Positions 44,737-52,997 of a DNA stretch of 64,000 nt are shown here, piece by piece. Origin of the DNA: Flavobacteriales bacterium (GTDB lineage Bacteria; Bacteroidota; Bacteroidia; Flavobacteriales_F; PHOS-HE28). Where the stretch lies: the NCBI GenBank assembly GCA_041747675.1, contig JBGTES010000008.1:2779-66778 (forward strand). The letters run 5' to 3'. Position 1 is the stretch's first letter. The number at the start of each line of letters is the position of its first letter. The notes under the pieces were generated by a model. That model saw only the letters and a program-made list of their open reading frames with translations. It was not told where the DNA came from and searched no databases. A program made the translations under genes and the position numbers.

Positions 44737-45354
44737 TCATCCAGGGATCCTGAAGATGCAGGAAGTGTCAATGGTGCTGTCCAATGCCGTGGTGGCCTCC
44801 AGCCGCCCCAGAAGTTCGAAGGGTATGCGTGCGATATAGCCATCCAGGTCGGTGAACCATTCGGTGCCGTAACGCTGGCTGCCCTTGTAGAACACCAGGT
44901 TGTTGATGAAGTACTTGCCGGCATGCCGCTCGCGCAGAAGCTCAAGGATCCGCGCGAAGTCATCCAGGATGTACCAGCCGAGCTCCGCGAAAAGAATGGC
45001 CTCGGCCTCGATCGGTCCTTCCAGCATGGACATCACCTCACCCACCTCGAAGCGCAGGTGCGGAAAATTTTGCCGGGCCTTTTCTACGGCCGACGGGGAG
45101 ATGTCCACCCCCAGCGGCACGATACCGGTCTCACGATGGATCCAGTCGCTGTAGTAGCCAAGCCCACATCCGAACTCCACCACGGAGCGGATGCCGAAGC
45201 GCTGCATGCACTGAATGGACCACCAGCGGCTTGCACGGTTGGGCTGCGAACTCTGTTCCCAGGGGTCGTCGAAGCACTGGTACATCTCCTCGAAGCGCCC
45301 AATGAAACTGCCGTCCTTGATCACAAAGTCATGGTAGTCCTTCGTGTCCTTCAT
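44737..45354 (-). CDS. Class I SAM-dependent methyltransferase (NodS-like)
   Basis: NodS-type N-terminus FEEMYQCFDDPWEQSSQPNR. SAM motif I is VVEFGCGLGYYS. Confidence 0.75.
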   Translation of the reverse strand: MKDTKDYHDFVIKDGSFIGRFEEMYQCFDDPWEQSSQPNRASRWWSIQCMQRFGIRSVVEFGCGLGYYSDWIHRETGIVPLGVDISPSAVEKARQNFPHLRFEVGEVMSMLEGPIEAEAILFAELGWYILDDFARILELLRERHAGKYFINNLVFYKGSQRYGTEWFTDLDGYIARIPFELLGRLEATTALDSTIDTSCIFRIPG

Positions 45355-45385
45355 GGCGGGAATTTAGGAGCACTCTCCCGATCCG

Positions 45386-45898
45386 TCATCCGCGCAGCCC
45401 ATCCAGGAAGCGCGCGCGCAGCTCCGGGGTGGGGATCATGCAGCTGTCACGTCTCCCGAACCAGCGGTAACGATTGTTGGCCACCCAGCGGTAAACAGCA
45501 TCGCGCAGGAATGATGGCACGATCATGAAACCATAAAGCAGCGCCCATGCGCCACCGATGTCGCGAAGCAAATGCAACGCTGCTGATGAACGCGTGAGCA
45601 AGCGGCCCTTCCGCAGGTAGATCACCGTGTCCAGTTCACGCGGATCCAGCGTGCTTCCGGCCAGCAGCTTTTGGGCTTCATCGGACTGTAGTGTACCGAA
45701 CCGGAAACTGGCCTTTGGATCGCGTTCGATGATGAATTGTACGAAGCCATTGCACAGGTTGCATACCCCGTCGAATAGAACGATGCGGGCCTGCGCTATG
45801 CTTGATCCGGGAAGTGGCGTGATGCCGGTGGGCCGGGCGGCTTCCATGGGCCGGCAAAGGTAGAGCCGGTCCAGGCCTGCCCGCATCCGCTGTTCCAC
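45386..45898 (-). CDS. Thiol-disulfide oxidoreductase DCC family protein (DUF393)
   Basis: IVLFDGVCNLCNGFVQFIIERDPKASFRFGTLQS is the DCC motif. An alternative start at 45847 is possible. The ORF start abuts the MBOAT stop. Confidence 0.8.
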   Translation of the reverse strand: MEQRMRAGLDRLYLCRPMEAARPTGITPLPGSSIAQARIVLFDGVCNLCNGFVQFIIERDPKASFRFGTLQSDEAQKLLAGSTLDPRELDTVIYLRKGRLLTRSSAALHLLRDIGGAWALLYGFMIVPSFLRDAVYRWVANNRYRWFGRRDSCMIPTPELRARFLDGLRG

Positions 45899-47578
45899 TT
45901 AGAACTGGAAGTAAATGAACGGCACCATCTCAGCCGTCACCGTCTGGTAGACCACCAGCACCACCACGGCGCACACCAGCACCATGGCCCACAGCGGCAG
46001 CGCGATAAAGCGTTCGCGGTACCAGTGTTTGGTGCGCTCGGGCAGCCAATGGATGATGAAGCCTGCGAGCATCACCAAAATCACGTAACGGAAACCGTTG
46101 AGCACGTCGCCCATGAGTGCCCACCCGAAATCCCCTGTGATCTGGCCGAACATGTCGTTCACATCCTCCAGGCTTTCACCGCGGAACCAGAAGCGCGTGA
46201 AGGTGATGAAGGTGAAGGTGATGGCCACGGCCTGCAGGTGCGCGAACCAGTGCGTGCTCTTCCCCCACGGACTGATGCGCGACCAGCCCTTGTACACCAG
46301 CAGCCCGATGCCGTTGAGGCCGCCCCAGATCACGAACATCCAACTGGCGCCGTGCCACAGCCCGCCGATGAGCATGGTGAGCATCAGGTTGATGTTGGTG
46401 GTGATCATGTTGCGGAAGGGCGGCCACCAGTGGGCGATCACCACGAAGAGCGCCACTGCACTGAGGGCGATGAAGGGCAGCAGCCATTCGCCGGTGAGCA
46501 GGGTGAACATCGCCAGCACCACGCCGGTCATGATCCACGAGAAGGGCGAGCCGCTGCGGTTGCCGCCCATGGGGATGTAGAGGTAGTCGCGCAGCCAGGT
46601 GCTCAGGCTCATGTGCCAGCGCTTCCAGAACTCGGCCGCGCTGCGCGCCTTGTAGGGGCTGTTGAAGTTCACCGGCAGGGTGAAGCCCATCAGCAGGGCC
46701 ACGCCGATGGCGATGTCGGTGTAGCCACTGAAGTCGGCGTACACCTGCAGCGAGTAGCCGAATATGGCCAGCACGTTCTCGAAGCCGGTGAAGCGCAGCG
46801 GATCGGCGAAGACGCGATCGATGAAGTTCACCGCGATGTAGTCGCCCACGACCATCTTCTTCAGCAGGCCGTTCAGGATCCAGAATACCGCCAAACCGAA
46901 CTGTGCGCGGGTGAGCTTGAATTCGGTGTATAGCTGCGGGATGAACTCGGAAGCACGCACGATGGGACCGGCCACCAGCTGCGGAAAGAAGCTGACATAA
47001 AAGCCGAAGTCGAGGACGTTGCGCACGGGCTTCACGTGGCCGCGGTACACATCCACCGCGTAGCTGATGGTCTGGAAGGTGTAGAAGCTGATGCCCACCG
47101 GCAGCAGGATCTTGTCGGCAACGAAGGTGCTGTCCCACACCAGATTGGTCCAGTGGGCGAAGTAATTCACCGCGTGGAAGCTGGTGCCGAAGAGCGCGTT
47201 GATGTTGTCCACCACGAAATGCGCGTACTTGAAGTAGGCCAGCACGCCGAGGTTGAGGAAGATGCTCAGCGCCAGCAGCCACTTGCGTTTCACTTCGGAT
47301 CGCGAGTCGTGGATGCCCTGGCCGATGAAGAAATCCGCCAGCGTGCTGAAGAGCAGGATGCTCACGAAGAATCCGCTGGTCTTCCAGTAGAAGAAGAGGC
47401 TGGCGAAGAAGAGGAAGGCGTTGCGCAGTGCGCGGCGCTTGTAGATGATGCTGTATATAGCCAGCACCACGGCGAAGAAGCCCCAGAAGAAGAAGCGGGT
47501 GAAGATCAGCGGCGTGTCCTCATCGTAGTCCAGGAGGCCGAGCCAGTCGATGGAGGATATGGATAGGAGGGGTAGCAC
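45899..47578 (-). CDS. MBOAT family O-acyltransferase (AlgI/PatA/DltB-like)
   Basis: There are at least 10 TM segments. Conserved blocks are FYTFQTISYAVDVYRG, FFPQLVAGPIVRA, NFNSPYKARSAAEFWKRWHMSLSTWLRDYLYIPMGGNR (catalytic His in WHMSL) and WHGASW. The ORF starts with GTG. Confidence 0.9.
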   Translation of the reverse strand: MLPLLSISSIDWLGLLDYDEDTPLIFTRFFFWGFFAVVLAIYSIIYKRRALRNAFLFFASLFFYWKTSGFFVSILLFSTLADFFIGQGIHDSRSEVKRKWLLALSIFLNLGVLAYFKYAHFVVDNINALFGTSFHAVNYFAHWTNLVWDSTFVADKILLPVGISFYTFQTISYAVDVYRGHVKPVRNVLDFGFYVSFFPQLVAGPIVRASEFIPQLYTEFKLTRAQFGLAVFWILNGLLKKMVVGDYIAVNFIDRVFADPLRFTGFENVLAIFGYSLQVYADFSGYTDIAIGVALLMGFTLPVNFNSPYKARSAAEFWKRWHMSLSTWLRDYLYIPMGGNRSGSPFSWIMTGVVLAMFTLLTGEWLLPFIALSAVALFVVIAHWWPPFRNMITTNINLMLTMLIGGLWHGASWMFVIWGGLNGIGLLVYKGWSRISPWGKSTHWFAHLQAVAITFTFITFTRFWFRGESLEDVNDMFGQITGDFGWALMGDVLNGFRYVILVMLAGFIIHWLPERTKHWYRERFIALPLWAMVLVCAVVVLVVYQTVTAEMVPFIYFQF

Positions 47579-47601
47579 CGGGTCTATCGCTGTGCGGTGG
47601 T

Positions 47602-47688
47602 GGAAAAGTGGAAAGGTGCGAGGGTGGAAGGTGCCCTGTGATCAATGTGGGTCTGGCACCTTTCCACTCTTGCACCTTTCCACTTCTG
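47602..47688. repeat. Composite imperfect inverted repeat (about 33-bp arms, 19-nt spacer) built from four copies of GTGGAAAGGTGC
   Basis: Read from the sequence. The plus-strand copies are at 47608..47619 and, with one A missing, about 47624..47634. Perfect complementary copies GCACCTTTCCAC are at 47656..47667 and 47672..47683. It fills most of the 121-nt gap between the MBOAT and SGNH genes. Confidence 0.8.
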
Positions 47689-47699
47689 GATTGGCCCGC

Positions 47700-48938
47700 T
47701 CATGGTCCCACGCTCCGTTTCACATGTTCGCCATACGCTGCCATCAACGCCGCCACCTGCAGGTCGCCCAGCAGCATGTAGCCCTGGCGGTTGAAGTGGA
47801 TGCGATCCTTTTGTGCCAGGCCGGCCGACTCCCACTTCGCGATGGAGCCGAGCCCGCCCATCACGGTGAAGAGGTCCCACACGGCCACGCCCTGTTCGGC
47901 GCTCAGTTCAAGCATCACCTCGCGCACTTTGTGGGCGTTGCGGTTGGCCACCTTGCGCTTGAAGTAGCTGTCGCTGTTGGTGGTGAGCAGGATGGCGGCA
48001 CCGGGGTTGGCCAGCCGCACACGCGCGATAAGGTCCGTGTAGTTGCGCTTGAAACGCTTGGGATCGAAGTCGCTGTCGTGCGCGTCGTTGATGCCCACGC
48101 TGAAGATGACGAGGTCGGGTTTCACCACTGCGAGGTGGTCTGCGAAACGCTGGCAGCGCAGATAGCTTCTGGTGCTGGCGCCGTTCACGCCGATGGCATG
48201 GTAGAAGAAGCCGGGGTCGTCGCTTTCCAACAGGATGCCATGCAGGGTGAAGTGCGTCTGTAGGACGTCCCTGCGGCGGAAGCGCAGTCGCAAAGTGTCC
48301 ATGTACCGGTCATACTGGAATGTGGTGATGCCATCCTTCGCATTCACACTGCGATCGATATACACGGTGCTGTCGCGCGACCAGGCCTCCACGGCGAAGC
48401 TGCTGTCACGGCCGTGAAGCACACGGATCCTGTTGAATTCGTAGCCCGGGTAGACATCCCCCCGGAAGCTCACCTTCAATTCAGTAAGCGTGTCGCGCGT
48501 GGTGACGGAGATGCCGCTGAGGCCGAGCATGCTGGTGTCGGCCTTGGTCACGTTGCGTACGGCCGTCCAGTTGCCTGTGTATTCGGGCAGGTACCAATGC
48601 GAATTGTTCGTCTTCGCCATGGTGAATGGGAAGATGAAACCACGGCCTGCGCGCACACCGGGCACCACTTGCTGTAGACGGTGACGAACCTGCATGCTCC
48701 ACATATCCGCCTGGATATGCGAGCCGCCGATGTGTACCACGTTCATCTGTCCTGCGCCTTCCAGCAGGAGCTTGTCCAGCTTTTCGTGCCAGGCCGCGAA
48801 GCCGTTGCTGTCACCGCGGTGTATGATGTGGTTGGCATCGTGCTCCACGAAGGGTGGAGCGCTCACGCGTAGCGGATCGGGCTGAGCGAAGGCGGGGAGG
48901 GTGAGGAGGGCTCCGACTATGAGGCTCGTTCCATGCAT
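47700..48938 (-). CDS. SGNH/GDSL-like hydrolase family protein (AlgJ/PatB/Ape-like candidate)
   Basis: The preferred ATG at 48938 gives the signal MHGTSLIVGALLTLPAFAQ; the ORF-track start at 48998 is TTG. The SGNH blocks are VVHIGGSHIQ (block I variant), LVIFSVGINDA (block III) and KDRIHF (block V DxxH). Confidence 0.75.
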   Translation of the reverse strand: MHGTSLIVGALLTLPAFAQPDPLRVSAPPFVEHDANHIIHRGDSNGFAAWHEKLDKLLLEGAGQMNVVHIGGSHIQADMWSMQVRHRLQQVVPGVRAGRGFIFPFTMAKTNNSHWYLPEYTGNWTAVRNVTKADTSMLGLSGISVTTRDTLTELKVSFRGDVYPGYEFNRIRVLHGRDSSFAVEAWSRDSTVYIDRSVNAKDGITTFQYDRYMDTLRLRFRRRDVLQTHFTLHGILLESDDPGFFYHAIGVNGASTRSYLRCQRFADHLAVVKPDLVIFSVGINDAHDSDFDPKRFKRNYTDLIARVRLANPGAAILLTTNSDSYFKRKVANRNAHKVREVMLELSAEQGVAVWDLFTVMGGLGSIAKWESAGLAQKDRIHFNRQGYMLLGDLQVAALMAAYGEHVKRSVGP

Positions 48939-48994
48939 GATCGCGGCGAGGCCTGCCTCGCCCGGTTCGCCAGGGTGCTTTGGATCGGGGGAGG

Positions 48995-50632
48995 TCAAGG
49001 GCTATCCGGAGCTTTCTGTGGTGAGGGGGCGGTCTTCGCGGGCGAGGCAGGCATCTTGTCGGATGTAGGGGATCCTTCTTTTTTGGGCGAGGCAGGCCTC
49101 GCCTTTTCGGAGCTGGGTGCGAAGATGCTGCGCCATTCGGCATAGTCGTTGATCAGGGCGGTGTAGAAGAGCTCGCCGATCTTCTTCGATCCAGCAGGGG
49201 TGAAGTGCGTGTGGTCCGTGGTGGCCAGCGGCGGATCGGCCTCCACCCAGCTCACCATGCTGCTCCGTCCGCCCATGGCTTCGTACATGTCCCAGAATAC
49301 CGCACCCTGCTTCAGGCTGTGCTCCTTCATCGCATCACGCACTTCTTCCAGGAATGGCCGCGTCACGTAGTGCTCTCCTTCCTTGATGCTCATGTCGCTG
49401 GGGCCGATCACGATGATGCTCACACCAGGGATCATCTTCCTGAAGCGTGTGATCTGCGTCCCGAAGAAGCGGCCATACTGCGCGGCTTCCTCCTCGCTCT
49501 TGATGTTGGGCAGCACGTTGCCCCCGTACTGCAGGATCAGCAGCTTTATGCCAAGGTCGTTATACATGGCCTGCGAAAGGGCCTGGTCCACCTTGCGGAA
49601 CTCGTAGCCCGCCCCGCCACGCGCCGCGATGTTGTCCACGGCCACGCCCGTGTGCCCTTCCAGCGATACGCCGAACACGTCCGGGCTGTCCATTCCGTGC
49701 AATGTCAGCGTCACTTCTTCAGAGGGACCGGGGAAGCGCCACTCCTTGATGTGCAGGTGATCATGCGGCTGTATGGTCTCGGTGCTCACACGCTCGCCAT
49801 TGCGCGACACTTCGATGGTAAGTGGGGCGCGGTGCCAGCCGAAGTAGAGGCGGCACACGGTCCAATCGCGGGCCCGGGCGTAGGAGCGTTTGTGGGGCTT
49901 GAGGGTGATGGTGGCCGTGTGCACCACGGTATCCGGCGGCACCGTATCGGGCAAAATGGGCGTGTAGCGCGAGAAGCTGCTGATGGCGCCGAAGCGGTCG
50001 TGCGTGAGCGTGCTGTCGCGCCGGCCCATCACGCTGAAGCGCTGCCAGTTGGGGCTGATGATGCGTTCCAAGGAAAAGTTGGATACGATGTCCGCCACGC
50101 TCACCAGCCCGGGACCCTGTCCGCCGAATTGCGTTTGCAGTTTGTTGCGCACGTAGCTGGTGATGCGGTCGCCTTCCAACTGCGAATCGCCGTAGTGCAT
50201 GATGCGGATGGGCCGCCTGGCCATGTGCGCCTGCGTGAGCGCCTCAAAGAAGGGGTGCAGTACGGACTTGCCGGCGTCGGGGTAGTGCAGCGCGATGCGT
50301 TCCTCCAAAGCAGGGATGCGGTCCGGGTCGAAGAGGAAACGCTCCGGTGCCATGTAGGGCAGGGTGTCCATGCCGAGCGTGTCCAGCGCGGTGAGCCCAT
50401 CATCCACGGTGATCTTCAGGTCGATCTCCGCGTCCTCATCCGTGGGGATGGCGAGGATGTCGCTGATGTCCACCTTGTCGCGCTTCTCGGGGAAGAGCAA
50501 CTGCCGTGGCGAGGGGAAGTGGATGGTGAACAGATCCCCGATGCGGATGCCTTCCGCGGGGATCAGCGCACCGGCCCCGGCCAGCAGTGCGAGCACCGCC
50601 ATGAAGAACAGGCCGGTTTGGGCGGGCTTCAT
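48995..50632 (-). CDS. SGNH/GDSL hydrolase family protein with a Pro/Ser/Lys-rich C-terminal tail
   Basis: Signal or anchor is MKPAQTGLFFMAVLALLAGAGALIP. The SGNH blocks are IMHYGDSQLEGD (I), LILQYGGNVLPN (II/III) and TDHTHFT (V). The start overlaps the upstream LysM gene stop by 4 nt. Confidence 0.8.
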   Translation of the reverse strand: MKPAQTGLFFMAVLALLAGAGALIPAEGIRIGDLFTIHFPSPRQLLFPEKRDKVDISDILAIPTDEDAEIDLKITVDDGLTALDTLGMDTLPYMAPERFLFDPDRIPALEERIALHYPDAGKSVLHPFFEALTQAHMARRPIRIMHYGDSQLEGDRITSYVRNKLQTQFGGQGPGLVSVADIVSNFSLERIISPNWQRFSVMGRRDSTLTHDRFGAISSFSRYTPILPDTVPPDTVVHTATITLKPHKRSYARARDWTVCRLYFGWHRAPLTIEVSRNGERVSTETIQPHDHLHIKEWRFPGPSEEVTLTLHGMDSPDVFGVSLEGHTGVAVDNIAARGGAGYEFRKVDQALSQAMYNDLGIKLLILQYGGNVLPNIKSEEEAAQYGRFFGTQITRFRKMIPGVSIIVIGPSDMSIKEGEHYVTRPFLEEVRDAMKEHSLKQGAVFWDMYEAMGGRSSMVSWVEADPPLATTDHTHFTPAGSKKIGELFYTALINDYAEWRSIFAPSSEKARPASPKKEGSPTSDKMPASPAKTAPSPQKAPDSP

Positions 50633-52071
50633 CGCTTGGGGATCTTGATCTTCTGCCCGGGGCGGATGTCGGCACCGATGCCATTGTGGCGCATCAGGTC
50701 ATCGGAGGAGATGCCGGGATACTTCTTGGCGATCAGGTAAAGCGAATCCCCAGCGCGCACGGTGTACCACATGTACTCGGGATCCTCAGAGAGGGCCTCT
50801 TGCGGCCTGCTGCGCACGGCTTCCGGCGTAGGCGTGGCCACACGCACGGTGTCGCTCTCATAGCGCAGCCGTTCCATTCTGGGTAGGTAGACGATGAGCG
50901 TATTGCCCAGTTCGATGTCATCGCTTTTCAGTTCGTTCCAATTCTTCAGCTCGGAGAGTCCCACGCCGAAGCGGTCCGCGATGCAGCCCAGACAGTCGCC
51001 TTCCGCGATGCGGTACAATGTGGCCTCGCGCCCGTCCGGCAGCTTGTCGCTGGGCTCCTCTTCCTTGCGGACCTCGGCCACAGGTTGGCGCGGCCGTGTG
51101 TTCTGCGCCTCCAGCACCACGAAGGCGAGATCACCGAAACGCTGGGCCTCACTGCGTGGCAGGAGGAAGGTTTGACCTGCCGGCACCACGCCTCCGGTGA
51201 GCGTGGGGTTGATGGCTTGGAAGCGCCCAGGTCGGGTGCCCACCACGCGGATGAGCGCTTCGATCTGCAGCGTGCTGTCGAAGCGTACCGTATCGTTGGG
51301 TTCGGTGATGCGGTAAACGAGCGGTTCCAGATCGCTTTGCTCCGCATGCATCGCCAGATACGTGAAGGCCATCAGTCTTGGCAAAACAGCACGGTGGCCG
51401 GGCGAGAAATGCGGATACAACAAACGCGGATCCATGTCGATCCCGCTGCGTTGGCGGGCGCGCGTCAGGTTGGCCGGGCCGCAGGTGAAGGCGATCACGG
51501 CGGTGGGCCAATCCCCGTAACGGGCGTGCAGATCCTGTAGGTGGCGCATGGCCGCCACGGTGCTCTTCAGCGGGTCGCGCCGTTCATCGATCGTGGTCGA
51601 TATCTCCAGCCCATGCTTCATTGCCACGGGGTAGGTCAGCATCCACAAGCCGGCCTCGCCATTGTTCGATGCGGCCTGCGGATTGAATGCACTCAGCGCG
51701 AAGGGCAGGTATTTCAGCTCGTTGGGGAGTCCATGGCGCGCCAGCTCCCGTTCGATCATGGGCATGTGGGCTTCCGCCGCGCCCAGCACCACACGAAAAT
51801 GATCGCGACGTGGACCGGAGAAAAGCGTCACGGATCGATCCACGAGATCGTCGGCGAAGACGGGCAGGGCAGGAGCGGCCCGCTGTAGTGCGGTATACAG
51901 CCCATCGGTACCATGTGCGCCCAACCCTGGTCTCACACGTGGCTCCTGGAAACGCTGCTGTATGGGCCAGGTGGTGAGCAGGCTGTCCACCGGCCAGGCA
52001 TCCTGGCCATGGACCATGTCTCCTCCCAACGCACCACACACGAAGGCGATATGTTGACCAAGCCGCTTCAA
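50629..52071 (-). CDS. LysM-domain lytic murein transglycosylase (MltD-like: SLT domain + three LysM)
   Basis: The SLT block is NELKYLPFALSAFNPQAASNNGEAGLWMLTYPVAMKHGL. The LysM repeats are TVRFDSTLQIEALIRVVG..., TLYRIAEGDCLGCIADRFGVGLSELKNWN and YTVRAGDSLYLIAKKYPGISSDDLMRHNGI. The start is uncertain: TTG at 52071 gives KRLGQHIAFVCGALGG (signal-like), and the ORF-track start 52350 overlaps the divergent DsbA-like gene. Confidence 0.8.
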   Translation of the reverse strand: MKRLGQHIAFVCGALGGDMVHGQDAWPVDSLLTTWPIQQRFQEPRVRPGLGAHGTDGLYTALQRAAPALPVFADDLVDRSVTLFSGPRRDHFRVVLGAAEAHMPMIERELARHGLPNELKYLPFALSAFNPQAASNNGEAGLWMLTYPVAMKHGLEISTTIDERRDPLKSTVAAMRHLQDLHARYGDWPTAVIAFTCGPANLTRARQRSGIDMDPRLLYPHFSPGHRAVLPRLMAFTYLAMHAEQSDLEPLVYRITEPNDTVRFDSTLQIEALIRVVGTRPGRFQAINPTLTGGVVPAGQTFLLPRSEAQRFGDLAFVVLEAQNTRPRQPVAEVRKEEEPSDKLPDGREATLYRIAEGDCLGCIADRFGVGLSELKNWNELKSDDIELGNTLIVYLPRMERLRYESDTVRVATPTPEAVRSRPQEALSEDPEYMWYTVRAGDSLYLIAKKYPGISSDDLMRHNGIGADIRPGQKIKIPKR

Positions 52072-52207
52072 GCGATCATGTAAAGCAATTCCTGCCTGAC
52101 AAGCAACGCGCCGTAGTGCCCGGGAATTCTTCCACGCGCACGTGTTCACGCCCGGGCATGTGCGTAGAGAACGAATGATCCCGATCCGGTATCGTTCCTT
52201 TGTCCCC

Positions 52208-52984
52208 ATGCGCAGGAAGCCGGGTATCCGTTGTGGCATGGGCGTCGGCATGGCCGCGGTGCTGCTGCTCCCGGCCTGTGCGCAGGAATCCTCTCCGAGT
52301 GCCACCGCCCATGCATCCGCTGCACCCGGACAGAACGCCCCGAGAGCCATGACGGTAGAGATCTGGAGTGATGTGGTGTGCCCCTTCTGTTACATCGGCA
52401 AGCGCGAGTTCGAGAAGGCGCTGGCGCAGTTCCCCGACCGTGATCGGGTGCAGGTGGTGTGGAAAAGCTTCGAGCTGGATCCTAATGCTCCCGCGCGGAG
52501 TGAACATGACATGTACGGCATGTTGGTGGAAAAGTATGGCGGCACGCGCGAGGATGCCAGGGCCCGTGTGGACGGTGTGGTGCGACGCGCCAGGACAGTG
52601 GGGCTCGACTACCAGATGGACAGGGCGGTCATCGGCAGCAGCTTCGATGCGCACCGTCTGCTGCAAATGGCGAAGACAAAGGGCCTGGGCGATGCCATGA
52701 AGGAGCGGCTGTTCAAGGCCTACTTCACCGAAGGCGCGCATCTGGCAGATGTGCCCACGCTGGTCCGTCTTGGCACTGAGGCCGGCATGAATGGCGCCGA
52801 GGTGGTGGCGATGCTGAGCACTTCCGGGTACACCGATGCGGTGCGCGGGGATGAGCAGGAAGCCCGGAGGCTCGGCGTAAGAGGCGTGCCCTACTTTCTG
52901 TTCGATGGGAAGCACAGCGTGAATGGCGCCCAGCCGAGCGATGTGTTCCTTCGGGCCCTGCAGCAGGCCGGCGCAGGGCAGTAG
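52208..52984 (+). CDS. DsbA-family oxidoreductase (FrnE/HCCA-isomerase-like), probable lipoprotein
   Basis: MTVEIWSDVVCPFCYIGKREFEKAL (CPFC) and a C-terminal GVRGVPYFLFDGK are present. Upstream in-frame Met codons give a lipobox (AAVLLLPACAQ). The start could be 52208 or 52238. Confidence 0.8.
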   Translation: MRRKPGIRCGMGVGMAAVLLLPACAQESSPSATAHASAAPGQNAPRAMTVEIWSDVVCPFCYIGKREFEKALAQFPDRDRVQVVWKSFELDPNAPARSEHDMYGMLVEKYGGTREDARARVDGVVRRARTVGLDYQMDRAVIGSSFDAHRLLQMAKTKGLGDAMKERLFKAYFTEGAHLADVPTLVRLGTEAGMNGAEVVAMLSTSGYTDAVRGDEQEARRLGVRGVPYFLFDGKHSVNGAQPSDVFLRALQQAGAGQ

Positions 52985-52997
52985 GCGGTCTGGCGTT

